Shown here: positions 24,098 through 35,137 of the stretch, piece by piece
How positions within the stretch are numbered: the stretch's first letter is position 1
How the letters are laid out: the number at the start of each line of letters is the position of its first letter
The notes under the pieces: model-generated
Told to the model about the DNA's origin: nothing
What the model saw: the letters and a program-made list of their open reading frames with translations, nothing else
Database searches by the model: none
Translations under genes and position numbers: made by a program
Assembly (NCBI GenBank): GCA_027923505.1
Contig: BROI01000012.1
Coordinates: 248,001-312,000 of the forward strand
Reading direction: 5' to 3'
Origin: Mayamaea pseudoterrestris
Lineage: Eukaryota
Length of the DNA: 64,000 nt

Positions 24098-25446
24098 ATG
24101 ATCTTCACTCCTTTCAAGTCGTTGGCTGTCCTTGCTGCCACCATGTTCGTTGCTCCGGCCGCCGCTCAGCTCGATACTGTGACGGGCCTCGTCTGTGGCG
24201 TTTTGGGAAAGGCCAACTTTCTCACCTCGCTCGAGTTGATCGCTGCGGTCAAGTGCCTGACGAAGTTGGAAGGCTGTGATAGTGTGGATCTTCCGGAGGC
24301 TGCGCGTACCGATCTTTCTGCTGCCGATCTCGGGATCTTGAAGGTCTTGCTTGACCAAGGAGTTCTTGATAGCGTCCTCAACGGTCAGATTATTGATGGG
24401 CTCCCGTTGGACCTTGATATTCTGACGAACCTCCTCGGCGACGGCAATATCTTGCAGGGTCTTCTCGACCAGGGATTGCTCGACGGACTTCTTGATGGAC
24501 TCGGTCTTGGTGGTCTTGTGGGTGGAATTTTGGATGGCCCTGATGGTCTGATTGCTAACTTGGACGATGTGCTTGACGAGGTGTTGGGTACGTTACGATT
24601 GCATGGAATGGACTAAGCCGTCATCGCTTTTCTTACTGACAATATATATCTTTCACAGATCTTGTGAGAGACCTCTTGGCCAATCTCTTGGGATACTATG
24701 GCGATGATCTCTCCAGCTGGTGCACTGGACTGTTGACTGATTTGGATGGCGTGTTTGCTGGACTCACCGAGTTCAACCTGCCACTTATTAACTGGAACGT
24801 AGCGGGAGTCAAATCATTCGTTGGAACGTTCAAGGATGCCGCGCTCTTTAACCAGGTATGCAACATGAGTTTCTGAGCGGTCAAAACTACGATGCGGATT
24901 TGGTTCTCACGCTTTTACCATGTCTCGTTTAATTCTCACAGGATATTACCGGATGGGACATGAAGAACGCGTGCGACCTCACCTCCATGTTGGAAGGTGC
25001 TACCTCGTTCAACCAGAACTTGAACCTTTGGCTCCCGGACCTCAGCGAGACCTTGTGCTCTGTCACTCCCGTTGTCGATGACCTTCTCACCGGCACGGCG
25101 TGCGAAGTTACTGTTGACCCAATTTTGCCAAGTGGCCCTATCTGCCAACTTGTCGATGATGTTTCCACCCCGGGCGGTCCAGTCGGTACGTTTTCTTATT
25201 ATAACCTGCTCCCAAGTGCTCGTAACTATTTTGCTTTCTAACATTTCCCTTTCTTTCACAGTTGATGTCAAAGTCACCAAGTGCCTCAAGCGAGCCTTCC
25301 GCGCTGCTGGCTGCAAGTGCAGTAAAATCAACAGATGCGTCAACCAGATTCGTCGGGCTTGCGGTGGCCAGGCTCGTTCCATCGGCACTCCGCGTAAGAT
25401 TTTGAGAAGCAAGGCCGTCTCGATGGTTACAAACAAGTGCAAGTAA
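24098..25446 (+). CDS. Secreted BspA/DUF285-repeat protein, 4 exons (24098-24587, 24659-24855, 24942-25185, 25262-25446)
   Basis: Signal peptide; three GT-AG introns splice in frame; FNLPLINWNV...F..AALFNQDITGWDM...MLEGATSFNQNLNLW repeats; Cys/Lys-rich C-terminus. Confidence 0.75.
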
Positions 25447-25978
25447 ATGTTGCACATGCATGTTGGCGGCACGCCAATCTTTGATTGGAAGAGTATAGGA
25501 TAATATATAGCCATACCGTTGCTGCTTTTATCAAATTGTATGCTAAGTAAGTAGAGTGTACATGTCGGAGCGGCCAAAAATAAAGTGAGAATAGTACCTG
25601 TGCCTAGACTAAAGCCTGGTAAAGATCCAGGCAGCTGTCACCTTGCTCAAGACGAGCGATTCATGTAAAAACGCCATCGGCACACCAAAGATGGGTGCCA
25701 TTTAACCATACTTCGCATTTGATTAGCGAAATACAACAATGATTTCATGGAGTAAGAGTGCAAATATCTTCTGTAACCCTAATCGTTGGCCACTCTCATT
25801 CTCTGCTACTGGTCAACGAAAAAACGGATGTCGCACAAGCACTGAATTTTGCTCGCCAAAAGATCGTTGCGACGTCGTGCACACGACTCGCAGAAATGTG
25901 TCGCTTGAACAATGATGAAAGAGAGAAAACGACGAGCCGTCTTGTCAAGAGAGACATCAAAGGAAGCAACGCATAGCA

Positions 25979-27298
25979 ATGATTCGCAACAATAGTAACA
26001 ACGACGACAAGAGCTCAACCGCATGGTGCTCCGACTCGTTGCAAATCTTGGACGACTTGCTCACGCCCGCGCCCGATACACGATTGGTCGACCCGCGGGT
26101 GGTCGAGTTTGAACGAAAACAAAGTCTCAGAAAGACTCTATCAGGTAAACATCGCTCCATGGATCCTCCCGCCGAGCGTGGCAGTGAGACTGTCGACGAC
26201 GTTGAGTTTGCTGCTCACGCCAAGAGGGAACTGGATTCCGTCATGGAGCAGGGAGACGTTGAGTTGAGCGTTGGAGATTACGAGAGGCAAAAGCAGGCGC
26301 ATATTGAAGCGAGGGAAATGACTTACGACAATCAGGACGACGCGTTCAGTGTCGATTTCACTGGCCCCATTGACTTGGACGAAAGTAGTAGCAGCGAGGT
26401 CTATCAGTCGTCGTCTCGGAAACCAAGCAGCGAGAATAGGTGCACGTCAAGGCGCATCGTCTTGTTGATCATTGGTGTCGTCATTATTGCTCTCGCCATT
26501 GCGATTGCCGTTGTCATGACTCAGATGCGAACAACTACGACGAACGCCGCATCGACGGCACCAACCAACGCTGATGATGGCGACGGCACAAGCAGCGACA
26601 CGAGACAAAAGACAAAGCTTGTCTTTTGGGTCGATTTTGTAGACGATGCTACTCCAGCAGTCATGTCCAAGGACCTGCGAGCCATCTTTGAAGCTGCGAC
26701 GGGTAGCTTCTTTGCCGAAACACTGGCGGCGGAAACGGAAGCGACCAGCAGCAATTGGGCTGCCAGTGACTTTAACGTGCAAGTATACCAGCAAGAGGTG
26801 CAGCAACAAGACTCGAGTAGTGGCACTGGCAATCGAAGGTTGCAATCTCGGTTAGGCGAGCGCGACCATCGCGTGCTAGAAGCGGACGCAGCGAGCGTGT
26901 TACGCATCCATGCCGCAGTGGCGGCTACCACCAAACTATCGCGTTTGGAGCTGACGGAACTGCTCATCAAACTTGTGTCTGACCATTCCAGTGACTTGAA
27001 GCGTCAGCTCTTGTTAACTGATGCAGGCGAAGACGATGAAGACTACTTTGCTTCCATTCAATCCATCTCGGTCACGTCGAAATCGGAGCTCAAGGAAGAA
27101 GAAGACTCTACGAGCAAGTCTGACAGTGGTTCCATTACAGACATTGAGCCACAGACAACAAGCACACCAACAATGTCACCAACCACGTCTCCAACTGGAG
27201 CACCGAGCGCATCGCCAACAAAAGCACCGGCGAAAACTCCGTCTGACGCACCAACAACGACTGACGTCGATGTATCAATTGGAAATGGCCAATTGTAG
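25979..27298 (+). CDS. Single-pass membrane protein with RRL motif and Pro/Thr-rich tail
   Basis: TM segment IVLLIIGVVIIALAIAIAVVM; NRRLQ; PTMSPTTSPTGAPSASPTKAP repeats. Confidence 0.7.
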   Translation: MIRNNSNNDDKSSTAWCSDSLQILDDLLTPAPDTRLVDPRVVEFERKQSLRKTLSGKHRSMDPPAERGSETVDDVEFAAHAKRELDSVMEQGDVELSVGDYERQKQAHIEAREMTYDNQDDAFSVDFTGPIDLDESSSSEVYQSSSRKPSSENRCTSRRIVLLIIGVVIIALAIAIAVVMTQMRTTTTNAASTAPTNADDGDGTSSDTRQKTKLVFWVDFVDDATPAVMSKDLRAIFEAATGSFFAETLAAETEATSSNWAASDFNVQVYQQEVQQQDSSSGTGNRRLQSRLGERDHRVLEADAASVLRIHAAVAATTKLSRLELTELLIKLVSDHSSDLKRQLLLTDAGEDDEDYFASIQSISVTSKSELKEEEDSTSKSDSGSITDIEPQTTSTPTMSPTTSPTGAPSASPTKAPAKTPSDAPTTTDVDVSIGNGQL

Positions 27299-27470
27299 GC
27301 CGCATCGTAGGGACAAAGGGGATATGAATGAAATAAACGAATGGTAAAAGTATATAAATGTCAGGGACAGCAAGGTTAAAAATGTTCATAAGCAATAAAT
27401 GTGTAAAATATGTGTCTCAGCCCAAGGCTTGCAAAGGAGCAAGCACCTTTCAAAGGACGCAGTAACCGTG

Positions 27471-28232
27471 CTATCGTTCCTCAGTACTAACATTACAAAA
27501 GTCCCGACTGCAGTCTGTGGCTCCTGTTGCTCGAGTCGATTGCGTCTTTGTGGCAGTCGGTGTTCCATTCCATGGAACAAATTCCTTTGGTGTTACCCAC
27601 TTGCTTCTTCCTCGTCCAACGCTGCTACTCGGTTTGATATTCGCTGCACTCCCCAAATACTCTCCACGCTTTGCATGGCGATGCTGCGGATGTCCAAGTT
27701 GCGCTCCTGCAAAACTGCCTCGTCGACTCGTGACAGCTGGTGGAATGGGTCGACGTTTCCTGGCGCCAGCCACGTCGGTTCGCTCCACAGCAATGTCATC
27801 ATTTTTGCGCCACACGCCAAACCGCCAAGCGGTTTCCATGTTTTCAAAATATGAATCAACATCAGAAGCGAGTGCTGATATTTGTTTGGAATGCATCTTG
27901 GTGAGTGTTTCGTAGGCGCGCTGCACGTTTTGAAAATCGCGCTGCGCCTGCCGACTGGGATTCACGTCGGGATGCAAGAGAGCCGCCTTGCGTCGGTAGG
28001 CAGCCTTAATGTCGGATAGCGTAGATCCATCGCCCCACTGCAAACCCAACTGAGCATATGGATCGTCGCGCTTGATGCGATTGGCGTCGGTAAAGAAGGA
28101 GCGACTATGCTGGCTGCAGAAAGTAAAGAGTCGCAAAACTGTAGGCTTGCTATCGCTCCGTCCAAGAGCAACACTCGGCAGTCTGTTCACAAATAGACTC
28201 GAACGATTCAGAATGCTTGTCATGCTTGTCAT
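27471..28232 (-). CDS. J-domain protein, probably mitochondrial
   Basis: DPYAQLGL...IKAAYRRKAALLHPDVN...FQNVQRAYETL; Arg/Ser-rich presequence. Confidence 0.85.
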   Translation of the reverse strand: MTSMTSILNRSSLFVNRLPSVALGRSDSKPTVLRLFTFCSQHSRSFFTDANRIKRDDPYAQLGLQWGDGSTLSDIKAAYRRKAALLHPDVNPSRQAQRDFQNVQRAYETLTKMHSKQISALASDVDSYFENMETAWRFGVWRKNDDIAVERTDVAGARKRRPIPPAVTSRRGSFAGAQLGHPQHRHAKRGEYLGSAANIKPSSSVGRGRSKWVTPKEFVPWNGTPTATKTQSTRATGATDCSRDFCNVSTEER

Positions 28233-29035
28233 TTTGGTATCTCACGCAGAGCAAGGCTGTAGATCGGCCTTTCAATGGTTTCATCATGGTCGAATCGGAA
28301 AAAATGTGACGCAGAAGCGCGCGCCGGGCAAGCTTGTCAAAACCGGTGCGTCATTCAAAAACTAAAAACTGCTCGTCGCCTTGCAGTGACATGATAGAGA
28401 GTATCCCGCCTATGACTTGTGTTACAGAGCGTCCAAAGCGGGCCTCGCTATGTAAGATTGTACTATTGGCGAGTTTTAGGCGCCGAAGTGACCAGTCGAA
28501 GGTTCCTCGTTATCTTGGAACGTTCTACCCGTCGTTGCAGGCAATGCTTTTGCCCCATATAGTCAAGCTAGGACCGCGTATTCAGCGCAGCCTGTTAGTC
28601 TTGCATCGACATCTCGTTCGCTGCGCCGTCGCAACCATTATCGCAAGTGCATCATTATCTCCGTGAAACAGATCGATGGGTAGCCGTGGCGCCGCATCCA
28701 CTTTTGCCATAAGAGTCCCACCCCGCCTATCTTGCTCTCTTGCGCGATCGCAACCTTGCGAAATGTAAACGCGCTGGCATCTTCGAGGACCCTCAGGCAA
28801 TGCGCATCAATGGACTTGAAAGCGTGATTGTGCGCGAAGATGATTGGCCGTGTACTTCTACGCTTGTCGGGGTCAACGCATGGGCTCGATGCAAGTATTA
28901 TGGCAAGTTTAGTACGTATGTGTTTAAATATACAACGTGCAGGCGCCAAGAAGGCTATGAATTGATAGCGTCAACTTCGCCCGCCGGCGGCAAGAGATTA
29001 AATGACTTTAATCTACTCAAAGGGATGCAAGTGGC

Positions 29036-29905
29036 TCAAATCTCTATCCGGGTCGACACAAATGACTCAGTCGACGACGACATCTCGGTTGACGATGTAA
29101 CATCTTCATCTTTGAGTGCCCGGATGGTAGCGCGAAAGTCATTCAAGTCCAGCTCCTTTCCAAATACTTCGTCACACGCAAATCGCAGCTTACCGCGCTT
29201 GAATATAAGGATCCCACCTTGCAACCGCGCATCCCCCTTACCGTTAAATTGGTTGCATAAACCCTTGCTCGCCCACCGGCTGCGGGCCCTGAAAGCTTGC
29301 TTGACAGCATTGATAATGCAGAGCTTGCGATCGCCCATCGCTTTATAGATGCTCCACTTGTTGTCCACGTACAATGGAAAGTGAAAATAGTTGTCATAAA
29401 AGTTGAGAAGACTTTGTTCTTGCCCTGAACTTTCCTTGACAATGCCCCAAAAGTTGACGCCTCGCATGAGATCGTCCTTTGAGGCTGCCAGCTCGGATAG
29501 TTGGAGACCGTGCTCCCTTACTTGCACGCATCCAGGGTGCCGAACGGCAAACACAATGGAAATGTCGGACTTTTTATCATTCTTGTGCAACGCCTGACGC
29601 TCCTTCTTCAATGCGGACTTCATTGACATGGCCGGTTTTTGGTTAACGACGCCAAAGGTACAGTTCAGTGGCACGAGCTGAATCTTGGGCATCTTGTCGA
29701 CATTTTCTCGCAAGCTTTGGCTGAGCCAGAGGCTGCGAGGTACGTCTGCGTCGACGGAGAATTCTTCGGTTGTGCTGGCCGTCGCAGCTGATTGCTGATC
29801 CCATGAGCCTGATTTCTTAACTGATGTCGGAATGCTCATGTTTGATTTAGCAAAAGGCGTGGCTCTAGTTTTGTTGTTGGCGTCGGAAACGGACGAAACT
29901 CTCAT
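29036..29905 (-). CDS. Peroxiredoxin-like 2 (AhpC-TSA_2/FAM213-like) protein
   Basis: IVFAVRHPGCVQVREHG...FPLYVD...IYKAMG...GDARLQGGILIF. Confidence 0.75.
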   Translation of the reverse strand: MRVSSVSDANNKTRATPFAKSNMSIPTSVKKSGSWDQQSAATASTTEEFSVDADVPRSLWLSQSLRENVDKMPKIQLVPLNCTFGVVNQKPAMSMKSALKKERQALHKNDKKSDISIVFAVRHPGCVQVREHGLQLSELAASKDDLMRGVNFWGIVKESSGQEQSLLNFYDNYFHFPLYVDNKWSIYKAMGDRKLCIINAVKQAFRARSRWASKGLCNQFNGKGDARLQGGILIFKRGKLRFACDEVFGKELDLNDFRATIRALKDEDVTSSTEMSSSTESFVSTRIEI

Positions 29906-30489
29906 GTTTGCTGATCGAGAACGAAGGAAGTCTCTACTTGCGAAGATCACAACTCCAAAGTCCGAATGAGTAGGAGCGGGTGTGAGAGGCCAACAAAGAT
30001 TATGATGAATGAAGCAGCGTCGGATCTATGGCTTGTCAAGAGTCAAGATGGATGAACAAGAAGGAACAAGCTTGGCATGCAACGCAAGCTTCGATCGCGT
30101 TCCCATCACTCACGTCAGCCATTTCAATGCATGTCGCAGCGCAAATGAAAGCTAATTTTCTCGCAACGACGTTTCTCATGCCTTGCGGGTCTCGACTTTG
30201 CGGCAGCACGGCTAAATCTTTCGACAAGTCACGTTCGTAAACGCGATCCACTCCATCGCTCATTCGAACGATGATTTCACGAGAGCCAAGAAACCCTTGA
30301 CGAGCGGCAAAACTTTGCATCAAGAGTAACTTGATAGAGTAGACAGCTGAGAGTAGCAGTTTGTTTCAGGTCGACTCGTCGAGCAGCTGCGCAAGTAAAA
30401 GTTTGCTGGGCAGTCAACCAAAATTCTTGCTTCCGTCTAATTTTGTCGACTTTTCTCGCAACACTTTGATACAATCAACCAACGATAGA

Positions 30490-30990
30490 ATGGTTTCTCG
30501 ATTCATACAGTCACTCTTTCTTCTGCTACTCGCCCTTTTTGCTGGCTCGGCAGTTGTCTCTGCTGCTGAGCCTGCGCAAGGGCAATGCCAAACGTTCGGT
30601 CTAACTTGCTCGACGACGAGCGACTGCTGCTTTGGCCCCTGCCGGCAAGGAACGTGTCGACGATGCGTCAAGCGAAACAAGGCCTGCGAATCAGATGATG
30701 ATTGCTGCGGACGCAAGATATGTGGGGCGAGTAACGTTTGCGTCAGGAATACGCAAAAGAGTGATCCGGACGCGGCAATTGCCGACAATGAAACGTTACC
30801 CACATCCTGGCCAGAGGCACTTGGCAAGACGGGAGAAGAAGCCAAAACCATGATACTGACTACAGACTCTACTTTGAATGTGGAAATCATTCCGTTTGAT
30901 GTCTTTGTGACTGCTGACTGGTTCAAAGATCGCGTCCGTGTGCGTGTCGACGACAAAGGAATCGTAACTGAAGTCCCAGAAATTGGTTAG
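30490..30990 (+). CDS. Secreted protein: two knottin-like Cys modules plus potato inhibitor I domain
   Basis: Signal peptide; two C-x6-C-x5-CC-x3/4-C-x4/5-C modules; SWPEALGKTGEEAK...VTADWFKDRVRVRVD..GIVTEVPEIG. Confidence 0.8.
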   Translation: MVSRFIQSLFLLLLALFAGSAVVSAAEPAQGQCQTFGLTCSTTSDCCFGPCRQGTCRRCVKRNKACESDDDCCGRKICGASNVCVRNTQKSDPDAAIADNETLPTSWPEALGKTGEEAKTMILTTDSTLNVEIIPFDVFVTADWFKDRVRVRVDDKGIVTEVPEIG

Positions 30991-31719
30991 ATTACGTTAT
31001 GAAGTGCGTCATGCTAGCAAATTACATATGTACTTATATATGTATAATGAATGACTATCTTAAGGTCGCAGATACTTTATTAAACCGTACTTTACAACCC
31101 TGGACCCTTGTGCCATTGTAAGATTCGCCGAGCAGTGCCCGCTTGTGCTACTGGTCTTAAACCTTGGCAAGGCCAAATGTCTATAGTCGGTTTTGTCGGA
31201 ACAAGCGCTGAAAGTCGCCTTTACTACAATACCTGTCTTTGTCGTGAAACTGCCGACACAAGTACAGTAACAGCTACAACTGTCACCTTACCGGTAGTCA
31301 TCGATCGGAATCACTGGTAAATATTTCATTTATCAAATAAGACGACACGATTGCCAACACAATGTAGTTGAAAAGGTACACTTTTAGCTCAAGTAAGTAG
31401 TATATAGAGGTAGTTGATGATAACAGTATCCAGATAAATATTGCAGTAGGCTACCTTTCCGTAGCTAAGACGTCAGCAGGTTCGGAATTCACCAATTGAG
31501 CGAGGCATGCGCCATGAGTCACTCGACGTGCGCGATCTCACTTATGCCTTCATCTCCAAAGATACGTTCTGGGATTAGTTTACTTATGCTCACGCCGGCT
31601 CGCCGCAAGCGATGCGGTCATTCCACGAGTCGAATTCTCATGGAAGCTTTCCTCACAAATTGATCGCCCATCACCCATCACCCATCATCGATAATAGCAC
31701 CTCTCTCTTCGACTCTACC

Positions 31720-32604
31720 ATGAAGATTCCTTGCTTGCTCCTTCTCCTCAACCTCCATGGCTCAGTCAGCAGCAACCTTAATTTGCCTCGCTTTCTGCAA
31801 TCTGAAGGAGGAACCAAGGACAAGGTAATTTCTGACGCTCCTTCCGACACTCCCTCCGCCTCGCCAACCGCGTTTTGCGTGCCAACCTACTCCGCCTGCA
31901 GCAACGCCACGGACGCTGATCCTTGCTGCGGAGAAAACAATGGCTGCTTGTTTGATGGTAACGACGGAGAAGGATTCGTTTGTCGCCCATACTGCACGCC
32001 GCGTTACGACACATGCAGCGCCGGAACAAACTGCTGCGGCAGCATGGTCTGCATGGAAGGTGTTTGCGACTATGAACCAGTCTGCGTGCGTCCCGGCGAT
32101 AACTGCACGTCGGATGTTGATGCGTCTGCCTTGCCGTGCTGCTGGCGACAGGAGTGCATTGAGGGAACGTGCCAAGCGCCACTGACGTGTCGCAAGAGAA
32201 ACGAGACTTGCGGATTGGAGGGACAGTTGGATTGCTGCGACGGCAAGATTTGCATTCAAGGTCGCTGCGAGGTTGAAACGAGATGCCGCCGCCTCGATAC
32301 GTGGTGCGATGCGACTGCCGCGAGTAACTCGAGCTTGGCGTGCTGCAACAATTTGGTATGTGATGATTCCGGTGACGTGCCAACCTGTACGACCCGCGCA
32401 CAATTGGCCCAACAGAATACAACGGCTGCAGAAGATGAAGAAGCTACGGCCCAACAGAATGCAACGGCCGTGGACGAGGAAGAAGCTACGGCCCAACAGA
32501 ATACAACGGCGGATGAAGGTGAAAAGGTTACAGTGGACGAAGAAACTGTTGCTGAATCAGACAAGAACACAACGTCGAACAAGAAGGTTGAGGGTGAAGA
32601 GTAA
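31720..32604 (+). CDS. Secreted protein with five knottin-like Cys modules and an acidic repeat tail
   Basis: Signal peptide, RFLQ motif, five C-x6-C-xn-CC-xn-C-xn-C modules, and AQQN(T/A)TAxxxEEAT repeats. Confidence 0.75.
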   Translation: MKIPCLLLLLNLHGSVSSNLNLPRFLQSEGGTKDKVISDAPSDTPSASPTAFCVPTYSACSNATDADPCCGENNGCLFDGNDGEGFVCRPYCTPRYDTCSAGTNCCGSMVCMEGVCDYEPVCVRPGDNCTSDVDASALPCCWRQECIEGTCQAPLTCRKRNETCGLEGQLDCCDGKICIQGRCEVETRCRRLDTWCDATAASNSSLACCNNLVCDDSGDVPTCTTRAQLAQQNTTAAEDEEATAQQNATAVDEEEATAQQNTTADEGEKVTVDEETVAESDKNTTSNKKVEGEE

Positions 32605-32809
32605 AGCAGAGCCATTGAGCGCATGGGCGCTGTGGAACATGTGTAAATATTGATGCAAGGCCATACAACGATTAATAGACCTTGAAATAGGCAGATAAAT
32701 ACTTTTAGACAATTATTTTAATGGACAGTACTTGTACGTGACCATGTTGAAGTGATAAACAAGTACCTTCAACCACTCCTTCCAAACACAAAAAGAAGTG
32801 TCGATAAAA

Positions 32810-32905
32810 CTCCGAGCGTCTCTCTACGTCATTTAAATTGTTATACATTCACTTCACCTCCGAGCGTCTCTCTGCGTCATTTACAATATTATATATTCAC
32901 TTCAC
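32810..32905. repeat. 48-bp tandem duplication spanning the TRAPPC6 stop codon and 3' UTR
   Basis: ctccgagcgtctctct(a/g)cgtcattta...attcacttcac occurs at 32810 and 32858. Confidence 0.85.
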
Positions 32906-33616
32906 CTTGACATTGAAACTACACGCCGACATGCTTTGTCCATCCGCCAAAAAGTCGCAGCTCACCACACTCGGAATACCTAGATCCGCCAAGCAACCTC
33001 GAATCAATCCACACGGCAGCGCCAACCACTGCATGGCCAGGACGCGACTATTTTCTCCATCCTTGGGAAACTTTTGCAGCCACACCATGTCCAAATCCTT
33101 GATGACAAAGACGCCTCGATGATTGGTTTGCAGTTTATCAATCTGCTTGCCGTAGAGCTGCACCCACACTTCCTTGCACAAGAACTTGACCGCCTCCAGT
33201 TGCTGCGCGGCAGTCTGCTGCGCCAAATCCAAATTATTGGACACTACGTTCCACGTCTTGTGCTGCGCCAGTCGCTCCGTCAGGCGGTAGCCAATCTGGT
33301 AGCCAATCCGCTCGAGCTTGGCGGCGGACATTTCAGCGGCAAGCACGGCGCGCTGGAGTGAATCAATGGTAGAATCGGATGATGATGCTGCTGTACTATT
33401 ATGCTCGTCTTGCTTGGTGGACGCCGTCGAGTAGTGCACAAGCTCGGCGAGTAAATGCTCCATGATTTGCTGCGAAACAGTGTCGGAGTGCGATGCATTC
33501 ATGGAGGCTTGCTGCTGCGCCTGCTGGGCGAGAGTAATATTGTTTGGCATGGTTGATGCAATCACTCTTTCAATGGCTTTTGGAGAAGATTTAGATGCAG
33601 TAGTAGGAGATGACAT
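32897..33616 (-). CDS. TRAPPC6: TRAPP complex subunit Trs33/TRAPPC6
   Basis: KLERIGYQIGYRLTER...VKFLCKEVWVQLYGKQIDKLQTNHRGVFVIKD...CGLIRGCLADLG. Confidence 0.9.
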   Translation of the reverse strand: MSSPTTASKSSPKAIERVIASTMPNNITLAQQAQQQASMNASHSDTVSQQIMEHLLAELVHYSTASTKQDEHNSTAASSSDSTIDSLQRAVLAAEMSAAKLERIGYQIGYRLTERLAQHKTWNVVSNNLDLAQQTAAQQLEAVKFLCKEVWVQLYGKQIDKLQTNHRGVFVIKDLDMVWLQKFPKDGENSRVLAMQWLALPCGLIRGCLADLGIPSVVSCDFLADGQSMSACSFNVKVK

Positions 33617-33842
33617 GATTGAACGAGGAGAATAAGGAGCAGAAGGAAGACTTTCGTTTGTGCGGCCGTCATGGTGGACTTGCGCGATCGCATGTGAGTC
33701 TCATTGCGACAGAGCTACACCGTTGCGACGCTTGACGAAACGTCCTCCACCGCGCAACCGCGACGGCGCGGGTCGCCGTCATGCCTCCTTACTTCCATTC
33801 AACATTCAGTCCGCAAACCATCTCTATCTACGGTACGCCACC

Positions 33843-34931
33843 ATGTTTCGAATACGTTCATGTCACCGAATACTATCGCTCCATAACAAAAATAGATTAA
33901 GCGCTACTCGACAATACACTGCCGTCACGTCGCGACGAGCCTACAATCGACTCCAGCAGCAAGCCAAGCAACCAAATACCAAGGAGTCTGCTACAAAGAA
34001 TACGTCATCAGCAGCAAATGACGACACGACCAAGGGAGGATGGCCCAATTCGGTCCGCTACACTGGTTACGCACTTGCTTCAACCCTTGGTCCCTATTCC
34101 GTGCTGTGGCTCGTTGCCAACACGCCCAGCTTGCACGACTATTTGACGGAATCGCAGCGAGAGTGGCTGCGGAATCAGTTTGGAATTCCCGAACACGACC
34201 AAGAGAATACGCTGCTCATGAAAAACAAGGACACCCCATTGCCAATTGTGAAGAAGCTGCCAATGGAACCAACCTGGCGCGAGCGACTGATTGCGCAGGA
34301 GCAAAATGCACTGAATGACATGCAGCTTGACGTGAATGTGACAATCTACTCGAACGATGCAACTTCCGACAATACGAGTAGCAGCAGTACAGTGACGATT
34401 CAAGTGCCGGCGAGTGTGTTGGCCAAGGCGGATGAGTTGCAGAAATATCTTGCAGATGCTTTGAATGGAAACATGTCGAGTCTATCGCGGGGGAGCATTA
34501 TTGGCATTGACTTTCCCTCTCCGTCGCGGCAACAGGACGGCTCCATGACGGAAATGGATGATTCTTCGTCGGCGCTCTACAAGGACCATGACGAATCTGT
34601 AGAGAATGAGTCCACAACCTCTGCGCCAGACCCATTGTTGAAGCAAACAGCCGTTTTCTCGTCATGGCATTATGACAGTAACGCTAACAATGCTGCCAAT
34701 GCCAACACTGGAACATCTCCACTGGTGCAGCAGCAGTCGCAGTCGCTCCGCAGCAGCAGCGACAGAGAGTCCTTGATGCAGCAGTTGCAGGCCGACATAT
34801 ATGCGCTGGAGGCGGAACTGCACCAGCGCCACCACGCCAGCATGCGCGACGTTGACGACATTACCAATGAACTGCAACACAAAAAAGCCGAGCTGAGACG
34901 CCTCAAATGGGGCAAGTGGGTGCCGTGGTAG
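33843..34931 (+). CDS. Hypothetical protein, possibly mitochondrial
   Basis: Basic N-terminal presequence, one hydrophobic segment and a C-terminal coiled coil. Confidence 0.55.
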   Translation: MFRIRSCHRILSLHNKNRLSATRQYTAVTSRRAYNRLQQQAKQPNTKESATKNTSSAANDDTTKGGWPNSVRYTGYALASTLGPYSVLWLVANTPSLHDYLTESQREWLRNQFGIPEHDQENTLLMKNKDTPLPIVKKLPMEPTWRERLIAQEQNALNDMQLDVNVTIYSNDATSDNTSSSSTVTIQVPASVLAKADELQKYLADALNGNMSSLSRGSIIGIDFPSPSRQQDGSMTEMDDSSSALYKDHDESVENESTTSAPDPLLKQTAVFSSWHYDSNANNAANANTGTSPLVQQQSQSLRSSSDRESLMQQLQADIYALEAELHQRHHASMRDVDDITNELQHKKAELRRLKWGKWVPW

Positions 34932-35137
34932 CAACGTGAGAGAGTGTAATGCGTAATTGCGAGTCAGTGCTACGTGTTTCGCTTTTCGATATCATTCGGC
35001 TCAATGTCACCGTGCAAATGGCGACGGATATGAGCGATAAATGAATTATTTTTAAGTTATGATCTCTAATATGTGCCACTATATACAATAGCTTTTTTAT
35101 GATGACAAGTGGTACTGATAGTACAGTACTGATTGTC

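Noticed and set aside
28334..29035. Short ORFs between the J-protein and peroxiredoxin-like genes
   Set aside because: No motifs or consistent gene structure.
32407..32520. 42-bp tandem repeats, and the 39458-39826 repeats, as CRISPR-like arrays
   Set aside because: In-frame coding repeats in eukaryotic genes; no cas genes and no unique spacers.
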